Position numbers and translations under genes: made by a program | Assembly (NCBI GenBank): GCA_050250695.1 | Contig: JBFWOE010000001.1 | Span: forward strand, 12,387 to 76,386 | DNA length: 64,000 nt | Source of the DNA: Burkholderiales bacterium | Lineage (GTDB): Bacteria; Pseudomonadota; Gammaproteobacteria; Burkholderiales; SG8-41 | Direction: 5' to 3' | Part shown: piece by piece, positions 7,361-17,127 of the stretch | Layout of the letters: the number at the start of each line of letters is the position of its first letter | Numbering within the stretch: the stretch's first letter is position 1 | Notes under the pieces: model-generated | Seen by the model: the letters and a program-made list of their open reading frames with translations, nothing else | Told to the model about the DNA's origin: nothing | Databases searched by the model: none

Positions 7361-9034
7361 TCAGCGGCCCAGTTCACGACGCGCAACCGACAGCTGAGCG
7401 GGATCCTTCGCATGCCGCAGCAGCCACTCGAACTGCGCGCGCGCGTCATCGCGCAGACCGGCACGAACCAGGGCAAGCCCGGCACGCAGCCTTGCGCCGG
7501 CGGCGGCCTCCGGCGCCGCAGCGCGCAACGCCGAGCGCAGGTAATAGTCGGCAGCCAGCAACGGCAGGTTGCCGGATTCGTAAACCTGCGCCATCCCGGC
7601 CAGCACGAAGTCTGCCTGTGTGCCGGCATGGGGCAACGCCGCTTCGTACAGCACGAGCGCGCCGTTGGCGAGGCCATGATCGGAAAACTGTCGGGCAAGC
7701 ACCAGCCATTCCGGCAACAACGACGGTGGAATCGCCGGCCTGCCATCGGCAAGTTTTTTGGCCGCGTCCGTTGCCATGGCAGTACGGCCGGCGCGCAGCG
7801 CCAGTGCTGCCAGCCTGACTTCCCAGTTCAACAATGGCACGTCAATCGGCGCCGGAAGTCCGTTCCAGTAATCCGAGGCGCGCTCCGGATCATCCAGCTT
7901 CACGGCCAGTCCGCCCAGGATGTGCCGGGTTGATACCGTCAGCCTGCCCGCATCGCCCGGCCAGGCGGCAAACAGGCGCAGGGCCGTGCGCGGCAATCCG
8001 GCGGCTTGAAACGCCGCCGCAAGTTCCTCCTGCGCCCGCCGCCGCACGGGCTCGCTTTCGGCATGGCGCGCCAGAAATCCCAGATAGGCGCGGGCAGCCG
8101 CGGGCTCTCCGGCACGACGCTGCAACGCGAATTCCAGCCAGCCCGGCTCGTCCCCGGCAAGCAGTTGGTGGACGTTGGCATTGCCGCGGGCATAGCCGGC
8201 GTAATTTTCCCACAACCCGGGCGCAGCAGCCGCAGGTTGATCCCTGTAATTCAACAGGCGTTCGCGCGCTTCGATTTCCAGCGTTGGGGAAGGCTGCCGC
8301 GTCGCGGCATCGAGAATCACACGCAACCATTGCGGCTCATCGCCACGTGTCATTGCTGCCCGCGCCTGAGTTATGGCATCGGGAGCCTTGACCAGCCCGG
8401 TATGCAGGCGCAGGCGCAATTTCGCCGCACCGTGTTCGTCAAGCAGTCCCAGCAAGTTGACGGCTTCACCGGCAAGGCCGAGATCGAGGAGTGCGTTCAC
8501 GAATTCCGTCGCCGTCGCCGCATCCAGCGGCCGGTAGTCCTGCTGGAAGCGCAGCATGCTGCGATAGGCCTCGTCAGCCTTTCCTTCCCGGGCGTAACTG
8601 CGGATGACCAGCAGCCTCATCCGGCGGATAAGCGCAACATCGATGCCGTCGGTCCACAACGCGCGCGCAGCATGATCGCGCGCCGCCGCCGCCCGCCCCA
8701 GCACAAGCGCGGACTGCGCGGCCAGCACATGCAGCTCCACCCGTGCCGGTTCAGTCCATTTGCCGGGCATTGCCGCCTGCCTCATCAGTTCTTCGTGACG
8801 GCCGGACTCAGCAAGCAATTGCAGCCGCAGGAGTTGCCATTCCGCCCAGCGCGGTCCGGCAGCATCGGCCGGTTGCAACATGTCGACACGCTGAAGTGCG
8901 AGCTGCAATGCACCAGACCGCGCGAGGCTGCGCGTGTTCTCAAGTCCGTCAGGAGCATCCGCGGCAAGGGCAGGCTGCACTGTCAGCAGGCTTCCGAGCG
9001 CGATCGCGGAGACAATGCGTCTGATGCTTGTCAT
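7361..9034 (-). CDS. Secreted all-alpha (TPR/Sel1-like) repeat protein of unknown function
   Basis: 557 aa. Signal peptide MTSIRRIVSAIALGSLLTVQPALA-AD. Ala/Leu/Arg-rich helical repeats throughout with no catalytic motif recognised. Composition is protein-like compared with the overlapping ORFs. Confidence 0.65.
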   Translation of the reverse strand: MTSIRRIVSAIALGSLLTVQPALAADAPDGLENTRSLARSGALQLALQRVDMLQPADAAGPRWAEWQLLRLQLLAESGRHEELMRQAAMPGKWTEPARVELHVLAAQSALVLGRAAAARDHAARALWTDGIDVALIRRMRLLVIRSYAREGKADEAYRSMLRFQQDYRPLDAATATEFVNALLDLGLAGEAVNLLGLLDEHGAAKLRLRLHTGLVKAPDAITQARAAMTRGDEPQWLRVILDAATRQPSPTLEIEARERLLNYRDQPAAAAPGLWENYAGYARGNANVHQLLAGDEPGWLEFALQRRAGEPAAARAYLGFLARHAESEPVRRRAQEELAAAFQAAGLPRTALRLFAAWPGDAGRLTVSTRHILGGLAVKLDDPERASDYWNGLPAPIDVPLLNWEVRLAALALRAGRTAMATDAAKKLADGRPAIPPSLLPEWLVLARQFSDHGLANGALVLYEAALPHAGTQADFVLAGMAQVYESGNLPLLAADYYLRSALRAAAPEAAAGARLRAGLALVRAGLRDDARAQFEWLLRHAKDPAQLSVARRELGR

Positions 9035-9090
9035 GAAGTCATTTTAGCGGGGGTCGGCGGAGCCCTCCAAAACGACCGGGCAGCCGGTAA

Positions 9091-9118
9091 AGAAAAAGGC
9101 GGCCGCAGCCGCCTTTTG
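9091..9118 (-). terminator. Rho-independent terminator of the rpsP-rimM-trmD-rplS operon
   Basis: Minus strand shows hairpin GGCGGC-TGCG-GCCGCC followed by TTTTTCTTT, about 20 nt after the rplS stop. Confidence 0.65.
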
Positions 9119-9135
9119 CCCGGAATATCCGGTTC

Positions 9136-9555
9136 CTACTTCTCGGCGACTCCCGACTCGGCTTCAACGACCGTCTCGGCATCGGCGCCGGCAGCAACGT
9201 TGATGGTCAGCTTCTCCTTGATCCGCGCCGCCTTGCCCGACAGGCCACGCAGGTAATAGAGCTTCGCGCGTCCGACATCGCCGCGGCGCTTGATCTCGAT
9301 GCTCGCGATCGACGGTGAATAGGTCTGGAAGGTCCGCTCAACACCTTCGCCCGATGAAATCTTGCGCACGATGAACGAAGAGTTGATGCCGCGGTTACGC
9401 TTGGCAATGACCACTCCTTCGTAGGCCTGCACCCGCTTGCGTTCGCCCTCGACGACGTTGACGTTGACGATCACCGTGTCGCCGGTGACGAACTCCGGCA
9501 TCTTGCGCCCCAGACGCTTGATTTCTTCCTGCTCCAGCTGCTGTATGACGTTCAT
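9136..9555 (-). CDS. rplS: 50S ribosomal protein L19
   Basis: [59 protein letters not shown].. Confidence 0.95.
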   Translation of the reverse strand: MNVIQQLEQEEIKRLGRKMPEFVTGDTVIVNVNVVEGERKRVQAYEGVVIAKRNRGINSSFIVRKISSGEGVERTFQTYSPSIASIEIKRRGDVGRAKLYYLRGLSGKAARIKEKLTINVAAGADAETVVEAESGVAEK

Positions 9556-9603
9556 GTCCTGACTCCTTAAAACTTGTTGCGTGCGCCGTCATGGCGTCCG
9601 CGG

Positions 9604-10374
9604 TTAAGCCTTGCTGCTGCCTGCTGCCTGTTCCCGCCTGTACTCGTCAAGCAGAGCCTGTTCCTCGGCGGTCAGCTTGCGCCGTTCCATCAGATCCGGT
9701 CTGCGCAGCCACGTGCGCCCCAGCGCCTGCTTCAGCCGCCACCGCGCAATCGCGGCATGATTCCCTGAAAGCAGCACTGCCGGCACTGCCGCGCCCTCGT
9801 ACACCTCCGGGCGCGTGTAATGCGGGCAATCCAGCAGTCCGTCGACGAATGAATCCTGACTCGCCGATTCGGCATCGCCCAGTGCCCCGGGCAATTGCCG
9901 CACTACGCAATCCATCACCACCATCGCGCCCAGTTCACCGCCACTCAGCACGTAGTCGCCGATGGAAATTTCCTCGACTGACATCTGCTCCAGCACACGC
10001 TCGTCGACACCTTCATAGCGCCCGGCCAGCAACACTATGCCTGCCTCACGCGCCAGTCCGGCCACTGTCGGATGATCCAGCGGCCGCCCCTGCGGCGTCA
10101 GGTGCATCAGCCTCGGCTCGGCGACACCTGCGCTGATCTGCCGCCGTTGCGCCGCCTGCAGCGCCTTGCCCACCGGTTCGGCCATCATCACCATCCCGGG
10201 ACCGCCGCCATACGGGCGGTCATCCACGGTCCTATGCGCATTCACCGCAAAATCCCGCGGATTCCATGCCACGAACTGGTACAACCCCCGCTCGCGCGCC
10301 CTGCCGGTGACACCAAGTTCCGTCACCGCGTCGAACATCTCGGGGAACAGCGTGACTACATCGAACTGCAGCAT
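9604..10374 (-). CDS. trmD: tRNA (guanine37-N1)-methyltransferase
   Basis: [17 protein letters not shown].. and ..[21 protein letters not shown]. Start taken at ATG 10374, which overlaps the rimM stop (TGATG). The maximal ORF starts at 10392. Confidence 0.95.
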   Translation of the reverse strand: MLQFDVVTLFPEMFDAVTELGVTGRARERGLYQFVAWNPRDFAVNAHRTVDDRPYGGGPGMVMMAEPVGKALQAAQRRQISAGVAEPRLMHLTPQGRPLDHPTVAGLAREAGIVLLAGRYEGVDERVLEQMSVEEISIGDYVLSGGELGAMVVMDCVVRQLPGALGDAESASQDSFVDGLLDCPHYTRPEVYEGAAVPAVLLSGNHAAIARWRLKQALGRTWLRRPDLMERRKLTAEEQALLDEYRREQAAGSSKA

Positions 10375-10886
10375 CAGTAGTCCGCATCCCAATCCACTTC
10401 GATGACACCGTCCCGAAGATCCACTTTCATGATCACCGGCCCGATGAAAGGCAACAGCCGTTCGCGATCGCCATCCACCACCATCACATCGTTCGCACCG
10501 GTCTCGAACAGCCTCGAAACCGTGCCCAGCGTCACACCCTCGGCGTTGACCACCCTGAGCCCGATCAGGTCGGCCCAGTAATATTCACCAGCCGCCGGTT
10601 CCGGAAACCCGCTTCGCGAAACCGCGATGCGTTGTCCCTGCAGCGCAGCGGCTTCGTCCCGCCCTTCGACTCCGCCCAGTTTTGCAACCACAGCTGAGCC
10701 GTGGACCTTCGCCGACTCGACAACCCGCTCCTGCCATTCGCCTTCCCGGCCAACCTGCCAGGCTGCGTAGTCCAGCAAACCGTGCGGGGAACCGGTAAAG
10801 GGTTGTACCTTGATCCAGCCCTTGATCCCGTAGGGGGCGACTATGCGCCCCATTACCACCAGCTGCTCAGGCAGCTTTCTGCGCAC
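10374..10886 (-). CDS. rimM: Ribosome maturation factor RimM
   Basis: [23 protein letters not shown].. followed by a PRC-barrel C-terminus. Synteny is rpsP-rimM-trmD. Confidence 0.9.
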   Translation of the reverse strand: MRRKLPEQLVVMGRIVAPYGIKGWIKVQPFTGSPHGLLDYAAWQVGREGEWQERVVESAKVHGSAVVAKLGGVEGRDEAAALQGQRIAVSRSGFPEPAAGEYYWADLIGLRVVNAEGVTLGTVSRLFETGANDVMVVDGDRERLLPFIGPVIMKVDLRDGVIEVDWDADY

Positions 10887-11121
10887 CGGCCTGCTTGACG
10901 AGCCGGGTCACCGTGTCTGACAGCAAGGCGCCCTTGCTTTGCCAGAACGCAACGCGTTCCCGATTGACGCGCAGACGCTCGCTGCCCTCGGGCGCCTTGG
11001 GATTGTAGAATCCGATACGCTCGATGAAGCGGCCGTCACGCGGAAATTGCGAGTCGGCAACCACGAGATTGAAGAACGGGCGCTTTTTTGCGCCCCCACG
11101 TGCCAAACGGATGACTACCAT
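10867..11121 (-). CDS. rpsP: 30S ribosomal protein S16
   Basis: [41 protein letters not shown]. Confidence 0.95.
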   Translation of the reverse strand: MVVIRLARGGAKKRPFFNLVVADSQFPRDGRFIERIGFYNPKAPEGSERLRVNRERVAFWQSKGALLSDTVTRLVKQAGAQKAA

Positions 11122-11275
11122 GACGGATTCCTGTCGACCGAAAGAGTCGAAAGGGCCGGATTTTACGCTAGTTTTTCACCCACACGCAACAATAGCGGTG
11201 CCACTCTCCAGTACCTGCATGAATCGACGCAATATCCCGGAACAAAAATAAATATTTGATTTTAAAGGATAAATT

Positions 11276-12127
11276 ATGCCTGACCCTGGTCTCTCACCCG
11301 CCGCACGCATCTCGGCCGCGCTGCAAACGCGTTACGGCGCTCGATACGCCGCCAGCGATGACCAGCCCGGAAGCGCCGATCTGGCGCGAATAGCGGAGCA
11401 CCGGTCCATCCGCCGTTATGCCGCGACTCCGGTGGACCCGGAACTGCTGCAGCTGCTGTTCGCCTGCGCACTGTCGGCGCCCAGCAAGAGCGACCTGCAA
11501 CAGGCTGACATCATCCATGTCGCCGATGCCGGCAAACGTGAACGCATAGTCGCCACCATTCCTGACATGAAATGGATACTGGACGCGCCGGTGTTCCTGG
11601 TGTTCTGCGGCAACAACCGCCGTATCCGTCACATCGGCACCTGGCGCGGCAAACCCTTCGCCAACGAACATCTGGATCACTTCATGAATGCTGCAGTCGA
11701 TGCCGGCATCGTGATGATGAATTTCATCCGTGCCGCCGAAGCCGCGGGCCTCGGCACCTGTCCGATCAGCGCGATCCGTAACGCGGCCGCCGCAAACAGC
11801 CGCGAGCTCGGGCTGCCCGATGGCGTGTTTCCGGTCGCGGGCCTTTGCGTGGGTTACCCCGCAACGCCAGGGCACATCAGCCCGCGCTTGCCGCTGGAAG
11901 TCACTGTGCATACCGACCGCTACGACGAATCCCGGCTGCGCGACCATGTCGATGCCTACGACCGCAGACGGCATGCGCACCATGCATACGCCAAGCAGCG
12001 CCGCGTGGCGCAGTTCGGCGAGTCGGAATTCTACGGCTGGTCGGAAGACAAGGCGCGGCAGTACGCAGCACCGGAACGCGCGGATTTCGGGGACTACATC
12101 CGCAGCCAGGGATTCAGCCTGAAATAA
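11276..12127 (+). CDS. Nitroreductase-family flavoprotein (NfsA/Frp-like with C-terminal extension)
   Basis: 283 aa. HRSIRRYAATPV.. is the typical nitroreductase opening, followed by ..LGTCPISAIRN.. and ..GLCVGYP. AAAGGA RBS in an AT-rich leader. Confidence 0.8.
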   Translation: MPDPGLSPAARISAALQTRYGARYAASDDQPGSADLARIAEHRSIRRYAATPVDPELLQLLFACALSAPSKSDLQQADIIHVADAGKRERIVATIPDMKWILDAPVFLVFCGNNRRIRHIGTWRGKPFANEHLDHFMNAAVDAGIVMMNFIRAAEAAGLGTCPISAIRNAAAANSRELGLPDGVFPVAGLCVGYPATPGHISPRLPLEVTVHTDRYDESRLRDHVDAYDRRRHAHHAYAKQRRVAQFGESEFYGWSEDKARQYAAPERADFGDYIRSQGFSLK

Positions 12128-12141
12128 CCGGGCGGCGCCGT

Positions 12142-13494
12142 TCAGCGCATGCCCGGAAACATGCCTTTCATCGAGCGCATCATTTTTGCCATGCCGCCCT
12201 TGGCCACCATTTTCATCATTTTCTGGGTCTGCTCGAACTGGCTGAGCAGGCGGTTGACTTCCTGCACGCTGACGCCGGCGCCGGCGGCGATGCGCCGCTT
12301 GCGCGAAGCCTTGATCAGTTCGGGTTTCGCACGCTCGTAAGGCGTCATGGAGTTGATGATGCCTTCGAGCCTGCGGATGGCCTTGTCGTCCATCTGCGGC
12401 GCCGCCTGCGCGGCCTGCGCGAATTGAGCCGGCAGCTTGTCCATCAGCGCACCCACGCCGCCCATCTTGCGCATCTGCGCCACCTGCTGCTTGAAATCCT
12501 CCAGGTCGAATCCTTTGCCGCTCTTGACCTTGCGCGCGAGTTTTTCGGCCTCCGCGTGATCCACCGACTTCTGCACATCCTCGATCAGCGACAGCACGTC
12601 GCCCATGCCGAGAATGCGCGATGCCATGCGGTCGGGATGGAAAGCTTCGAGTCCGGTGAGTTTTTCACCGACGCCTGCGAACTTGACCGGTTTGCCGGTG
12701 ACATGCCGAACCGACAGCGCTGCGCCGCCGCGCGCATCGCCGTCGAGTTTGGTCAGGATCACGCCGGTCAGCGGCAAAGCGTCACCAAACGCCTTGGCGA
12801 CGTTGACCGCATCCTGGCCCTGCATGGCGTCGACCACGAAGAGCGTTTCTACCGGATTCAGGGCCGCGTGCAGCGTGCGTATTTCCTGCATCATGGCCTC
12901 GTCGATCGCCAGCCGGCCGGCGGTATCGACAATCAGTACGTCGTGGAAATGCGTGCGCGCATGATGCAGCGCTGCCCGGGCAATTGCAGCCGGGCCGGTT
13001 TCCGCCGGCGCCTCATAAAAATCAGCATCGACCTGCGCCGAGAGCACTTTCAACTGCTCGATCGCCGCCGGGCGGTAGATGTCGCAACTGGCAAGCAACA
13101 CTTTCTTGCGCTGTTCGGTGCGCAACCAGCGCGCCAGCTTGCCCGCGGTCGTGGTTTTGCCGGCCCCCTGCAGACCAGCCAGCAGGATGACCGCGGGTGG
13201 CTGTGCGGCGAGGTTCAGCGATTCGCTGCGCTCACCCATCAGCGCAACGAGTTCGCGATGCACGACGCCAACCAGCGCCTGGCCCGGGGTCAGGCTGCCG
13301 ATGACCTCCTGGCCCACGGCCTTCCCGCGTACCCGGTCGATGAATTCACGCACCACTGGCAGCGCGACGTCGGCCTCGAGCAGCGCGACCCGCACTTCGC
13401 GCAGTGCATCCTGGATGTTGCTTTCGGTAAGGCGTGCTTCACCGCGCAGCGTCTTGACGACACGCGACAGCCGGCCGGTAAGGTTGTCAAACAT
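12142..13494 (-). CDS. ffh: Signal recognition particle protein Ffh
   Basis: MFDNLTGRLSRVVKTLRG start (ATG 13494), GLQGAGKTTTAGKLA and DTAGRL motifs, and a Met-rich M domain at the C-terminus. The upstream 18 codons of the ORF were rejected. Confidence 0.95.
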   Translation of the reverse strand: MFDNLTGRLSRVVKTLRGEARLTESNIQDALREVRVALLEADVALPVVREFIDRVRGKAVGQEVIGSLTPGQALVGVVHRELVALMGERSESLNLAAQPPAVILLAGLQGAGKTTTAGKLARWLRTEQRKKVLLASCDIYRPAAIEQLKVLSAQVDADFYEAPAETGPAAIARAALHHARTHFHDVLIVDTAGRLAIDEAMMQEIRTLHAALNPVETLFVVDAMQGQDAVNVAKAFGDALPLTGVILTKLDGDARGGAALSVRHVTGKPVKFAGVGEKLTGLEAFHPDRMASRILGMGDVLSLIEDVQKSVDHAEAEKLARKVKSGKGFDLEDFKQQVAQMRKMGGVGALMDKLPAQFAQAAQAAPQMDDKAIRRLEGIINSMTPYERAKPELIKASRKRRIAAGAGVSVQEVNRLLSQFEQTQKMMKMVAKGGMAKMMRSMKGMFPGMR

Positions 13495-13522
13495 GGGTTG
13501 TGCGTTCGGGTAAACTTGAAAG

Positions 13523-14347
13523 ATGCAGGACATTTTACCGTATCTCATCAGCGCGCTTCTCTACGCGGTGATGGCGGTCTACTTCTGGCGACTGCACTGG
13601 TCGGCGACGGCACACGCGCCGGTCACTGCGCGATCCACTGCGGAACGCCTCGGCGTGCTGATCGCACTCGGTGTGCACACGGCCGTGCTGTTCGGCGCGA
13701 TGTTTTCCGGCAACACGATGCGCATCGGTGTCGGCGACGCCGTTTCCGCGATCCTGTGGCTGACCGTTCTGATTTACTGGTTGGGCAGCCTGTTCTACCG
13801 CCTGGAGGGACTGCAGGCGCTGATCATGCCGGCCGCCGCGCTCGCAACCCTGCTGCCGGCGCTGTTCCCCGCAGCTAGACCGCTGCCGAATACAGAACTG
13901 GTCGCCTTCAAGCTGCATCTGGTGATTTCGATGCTCGCCTACAGCCTGTTCACGATCGCGTCGCTGCACGTGCTGCTGATGGCGATGCTGGAACGGCGGC
14001 TGCACCAGGGCGTGCTGCCCGCCGGGCTGCAGAAACTGCCACCCCTGCTGACCATGGAAACGCTGCTGTTCCGCATCATCTGGGCGGGATTCGTCATGCT
14101 TTCGCTGACGCTGGCCAGCGGCGTGCTGTTTTCCGAGGAACTGTTCGGCAAGGCCGCGCGGCTCAACCACAAGACCATTTTCGGTTTCGTTTCCTGGCTG
14201 GTGTTCGGCGCCCTGCTGTTCGGCCGTCATTTTCACGGCTGGCGCGGACGCGTCGCCGTGCGCTGGACGCTTGCCGGTTTTCTGTTGCTGGTATTGGCCT
14301 ATCTGGGCAGCAAGTTCGTGCTTGAAGTGCTGCTCGGCCGCGGCTGA
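13523..14347 (+). CDS. ypjD: Inner-membrane cytochrome-c-assembly-family protein (YpjD/CcsA-like)
   Basis: 274 aa and polytopic (about 8 TM). It is divergent from ffh, as in the E. coli ypjD-ffh arrangement. Confidence 0.75.
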   Translation: MQDILPYLISALLYAVMAVYFWRLHWSATAHAPVTARSTAERLGVLIALGVHTAVLFGAMFSGNTMRIGVGDAVSAILWLTVLIYWLGSLFYRLEGLQALIMPAAALATLLPALFPAARPLPNTELVAFKLHLVISMLAYSLFTIASLHVLLMAMLERRLHQGVLPAGLQKLPPLLTMETLLFRIIWAGFVMLSLTLASGVLFSEELFGKAARLNHKTIFGFVSWLVFGALLFGRHFHGWRGRVAVRWTLAGFLLLVLAYLGSKFVLEVLLGRG

Positions 14348-14397
14348 TACGGCCTGCGCCAACAACCATCGTGCCGCTGCAGCCCTGAGGTGCCCAT

Positions 14398-15684
14398 ATG
14401 GAAGTACTGATACTTGTCTGCCTGATCCTGCTCAACGGGGCGTTCGCCATGTCGGAGGTCGCGTTGCTGACCGCGCGGCAGTCCAAGCTCGCCACTCTTG
14501 CACAAAGGGGTGACAAACTTGCCGCCGCAGCGGTCAAGCTCAGCGCGGAACCGACGCGATTCCTGTCGACGGTACAGATCGGAATTACCTCGATCGGCCT
14601 GCTCAACGGCATCGTCGGCGAAGCCATACTCGCAGAACCTTTTGCGGCATGGCTGCGCTTGCAGGGCATGGAAGTCAAGCTCAGCAACATAATCGCCACG
14701 GCGGTCGTCGTCGTCGGCGTCACCTATTTTTCCATTGTCGTCGGCGAAATCGTACCCAAGCGGCTGGGTCAGCACAGCGCGGAAAACATTTCGCGTTTTG
14801 TATCGTGGCCCATGCGCGGCCTGGCATTCATCACCGCGCCTTTCGTCCAGCTGCTGACGGTTTCCACGGACGCGGTACTGCGGGTGGCACTCAAGGTCCT
14901 GCGAATGCAGCCGGCCGATTCGGGTGCGCAGCCGCTGTCCATCGACGAGATCCGCACCATCGTGCTCGAATCATCGAACGTCCTGCCGAAAAAACATGCC
15001 TCGGTATTGCTCAACCTGCTGGAGATCGGCGCCAGCACCGTCGACGACATCATGGTGCCGCGCAACCAGATCGAGGGCGTCGACATCGACCTGCCGATCG
15101 AAGACCTGGCGCAACAGTTGTCCACGGCGCACCACCGCCGGGTCGTGGTCTACCAGGATCAGCTGGATAACGTAATCGGCACGTTGCGCGTGCGGCACGT
15201 GCTGACACTGATCCAGCGCGAAGAACTGACCCGGGAGAGCCTGCAGGAGCTGGTGCGGGAACCCTATTTCGTCCCTTCCGCCACACCGCTGCTGTCGCAG
15301 ATCCAGAATTTCCAGGAGCACGAGGATCGTGTCAGCCTGGTGGTGGACGAATACGGCGAGATCATGGGCCTGGTCACCCTCGAGGACATCCTTGAGGAAA
15401 TCATCGGTGAGTTCACCACGCAGTCGCCGCTGACTGCTCGCGGGCTGCACCGGCAGCCGGACGGCAGCTACGTGGTCGAGGGCAGCATCCTGTTGCGCGA
15501 ACTCAACCGCAAGCTCGGCTTCAGTTTCCCGCTGGACGGTCCGAAGACCCTGAACGGGCTGATACTCGAGCATCTGCAGGACATCCCGGAGCCTAATACC
15601 AGCGTGCGGATTGCGGGCCATCCGCTGGAAATCGTCCAGACCCAAGACCGGGTGATCAAAAGCGTCAGGTTACTGGCACCCTGA
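14398..15684 (+). CDS. HlyC/CorC-family transporter (DUF21 membrane domain + CBS pair + CorC_HlyC domain)
   Basis: 428 aa. The N-terminal TM domain contains NGAFAMSEVAL. A CBS region contains DDIMVPRNQI. The C-terminal motif is DEYGEIMGLVTLEDILEEIIGE. Confidence 0.85.
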   Translation: MEVLILVCLILLNGAFAMSEVALLTARQSKLATLAQRGDKLAAAAVKLSAEPTRFLSTVQIGITSIGLLNGIVGEAILAEPFAAWLRLQGMEVKLSNIIATAVVVVGVTYFSIVVGEIVPKRLGQHSAENISRFVSWPMRGLAFITAPFVQLLTVSTDAVLRVALKVLRMQPADSGAQPLSIDEIRTIVLESSNVLPKKHASVLLNLLEIGASTVDDIMVPRNQIEGVDIDLPIEDLAQQLSTAHHRRVVVYQDQLDNVIGTLRVRHVLTLIQREELTRESLQELVREPYFVPSATPLLSQIQNFQEHEDRVSLVVDEYGEIMGLVTLEDILEEIIGEFTTQSPLTARGLHRQPDGSYVVEGSILLRELNRKLGFSFPLDGPKTLNGLILEHLQDIPEPNTSVRIAGHPLEIVQTQDRVIKSVRLLAP

Positions 15685-15805
15685 GCCGGTCGCAGGGCCA
15701 TCACCCACCGTGGAATGCAGCCTTTACAAAGGCCTGCAGGAAAGGCATTATTCCCCGATGGCCAATCGTAACTTATTGGTTCATTGAGAGATTTTGGAGG
15801 CCCGA

Positions 15806-17029
15806 ATGGCTACCGCCGCAGCACGTAAAGCAGAAATCAAGGAATTCACGTTCCGCTGGGTCGGTCAGGACCGCGCAGGAAAAACCGTGCGCGGGGAAAT
15901 GCAGGCCACCGGCGAAGCCCAGGTCAATGCGACACTGCGTCGCCAGGGTATCAAGATCGTCGAGGTCAAAAAGCAGCGCATGGGTACGGGGGGCACCGTA
16001 ACCGACAAGGACATCACGCTGTTCACCCGCCAGCTGGCAACGATGATGAAATCTGGCGTGCCGCTGCTGCAGGCCTTCGACATCGTCGGCAAGGGCCACA
16101 GCAATCCCGCCGTCGCACGGCTGCTGATGACCATCAAGTCCGACGTCGAGACCGGGATGAACCTGAAGCAGGCCTTCGAAAAACACCCCCTGCATTTTGA
16201 TCCGTTGTTCTGCAACCTGGTCGGGGCCGGCGAGGCTGCAGGTATCCTGGAGAGCCTGCTCGACCGCCTGGCCACCTACAAGGAAAAAATCCTCGGTATC
16301 AAGGCCAAGATCAAGTCGGCGCTTTTTTATCCCATAGCGATTATCGTGGTCGCCGTGGTAATTACCGCGATCATCATGATCTTCGTGATCCCGGCGTTCA
16401 AGGAAGTGTTCAAAAGCTTCGGCGCAGACCTGCCGACGCCCACGCTGATCGTGATGGCCATTTCAGATTTTGTGGTAGCCAACTGGTTTTTCCTGTTCGG
16501 CGGCGCAGGTGTCGCGATCTACGCGTTTTTCTGGACCTGGAAACGTTCAACAAAAATGCAGATTTTTATGGATCGGTTGATCCTGCGCGTCCCCGTGTTC
16601 GGCGACCTGATCCGCAAATCATCCATTGCGCGCTGGACGCGGACGCTGGCCACGATGTTTGCCGCCGGCGTGCCGCTGGTCGAAGCGCTGAGTTCGGTTG
16701 CCGGTGCCGCGGGCAATTACGAATACTACGTTGCCACAAAAAAAATCCAGAGCGAGGTTGCAACCGGCGCCAGCCTGACCTCGTCGATGCAGGGCGCCGA
16801 TGTTTTCCCGAGCATGGTGATCCAGATGACGATGATCGGCGAAGAAGCCGGCTCCCTTGACGCCATGCTGGGCAAAGTTGCCGACTTCTTTGAACAGGAA
16901 GTCGACGACGCCGTCGAGGCATTGTCCAGCCTGATGGAGCCGATGATCATGGTGGTGCTGGGTACGCTGATCGGTGGCATGGTGATCGCCATGTACCTGC
17001 CGATTTTCAAACTGGGATCCGCCGTATAA
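15806..17029 (+). CDS. pilC: Type IV pilus assembly platform protein PilC (T2SS-F family)
   Basis: Two T2SSF repeats (..FTRQLATMMKSGVPLLQAF.. and ..WTRTLATMFAAGVPLVEAL..). ATG 15806 has a GGAGG RBS. The TTG at 15794 in the track was rejected. Confidence 0.9.
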   Translation: MATAAARKAEIKEFTFRWVGQDRAGKTVRGEMQATGEAQVNATLRRQGIKIVEVKKQRMGTGGTVTDKDITLFTRQLATMMKSGVPLLQAFDIVGKGHSNPAVARLLMTIKSDVETGMNLKQAFEKHPLHFDPLFCNLVGAGEAAGILESLLDRLATYKEKILGIKAKIKSALFYPIAIIVVAVVITAIIMIFVIPAFKEVFKSFGADLPTPTLIVMAISDFVVANWFFLFGGAGVAIYAFFWTWKRSTKMQIFMDRLILRVPVFGDLIRKSSIARWTRTLATMFAAGVPLVEALSSVAGAAGNYEYYVATKKIQSEVATGASLTSSMQGADVFPSMVIQMTMIGEEAGSLDAMLGKVADFFEQEVDDAVEALSSLMEPMIMVVLGTLIGGMVIAMYLPIFKLGSAV

Positions 17030-17031
17030 CC

Positions 17032-17083
17032 GGGATGGCGCGCGGACGCGCCATCCCCCGCCCGGCTGGCAATGCGGCCAGCC
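17032..17083 (+). other. Two GC-rich intercistronic stem-loops between pilC and pilD
   Basis: GGGATGGCGCG-CGGA-CGCGCCATCCC is a perfect 11-bp stem at 17032-17057. GGCTGGC-AATGCG-GCCAGCC is a 7-bp stem at 17064-17083. Neither is followed by a U-tract. Confidence 0.55.
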
Positions 17084-17127
17084 ACCCGCCGCAACGTGTC
17101 CCCTAATCCCGGATACCGGCCCCGACC

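Noticed and set aside
9136-9210. About 23-aa acidic C-terminal tail on L19 (…[23 protein letters not shown])
   Set aside because: Short lineage-specific tails on L19 are common. I cannot show this one is unusual without a database comparison.
11845-13878. 677-aa plus-strand ORF across ffh
   Set aside because: It is antisense to ffh and overlaps the ends of the nitroreductase and ypjD frames. It is an artefact.
15718-15745. Imperfect hairpin TGCAGCCTTT-ACA-AAGGCCTGCA after the CorC/HlyC gene
   Set aside because: It needs a bulge and has no U-tract, so I did not call it a terminator.
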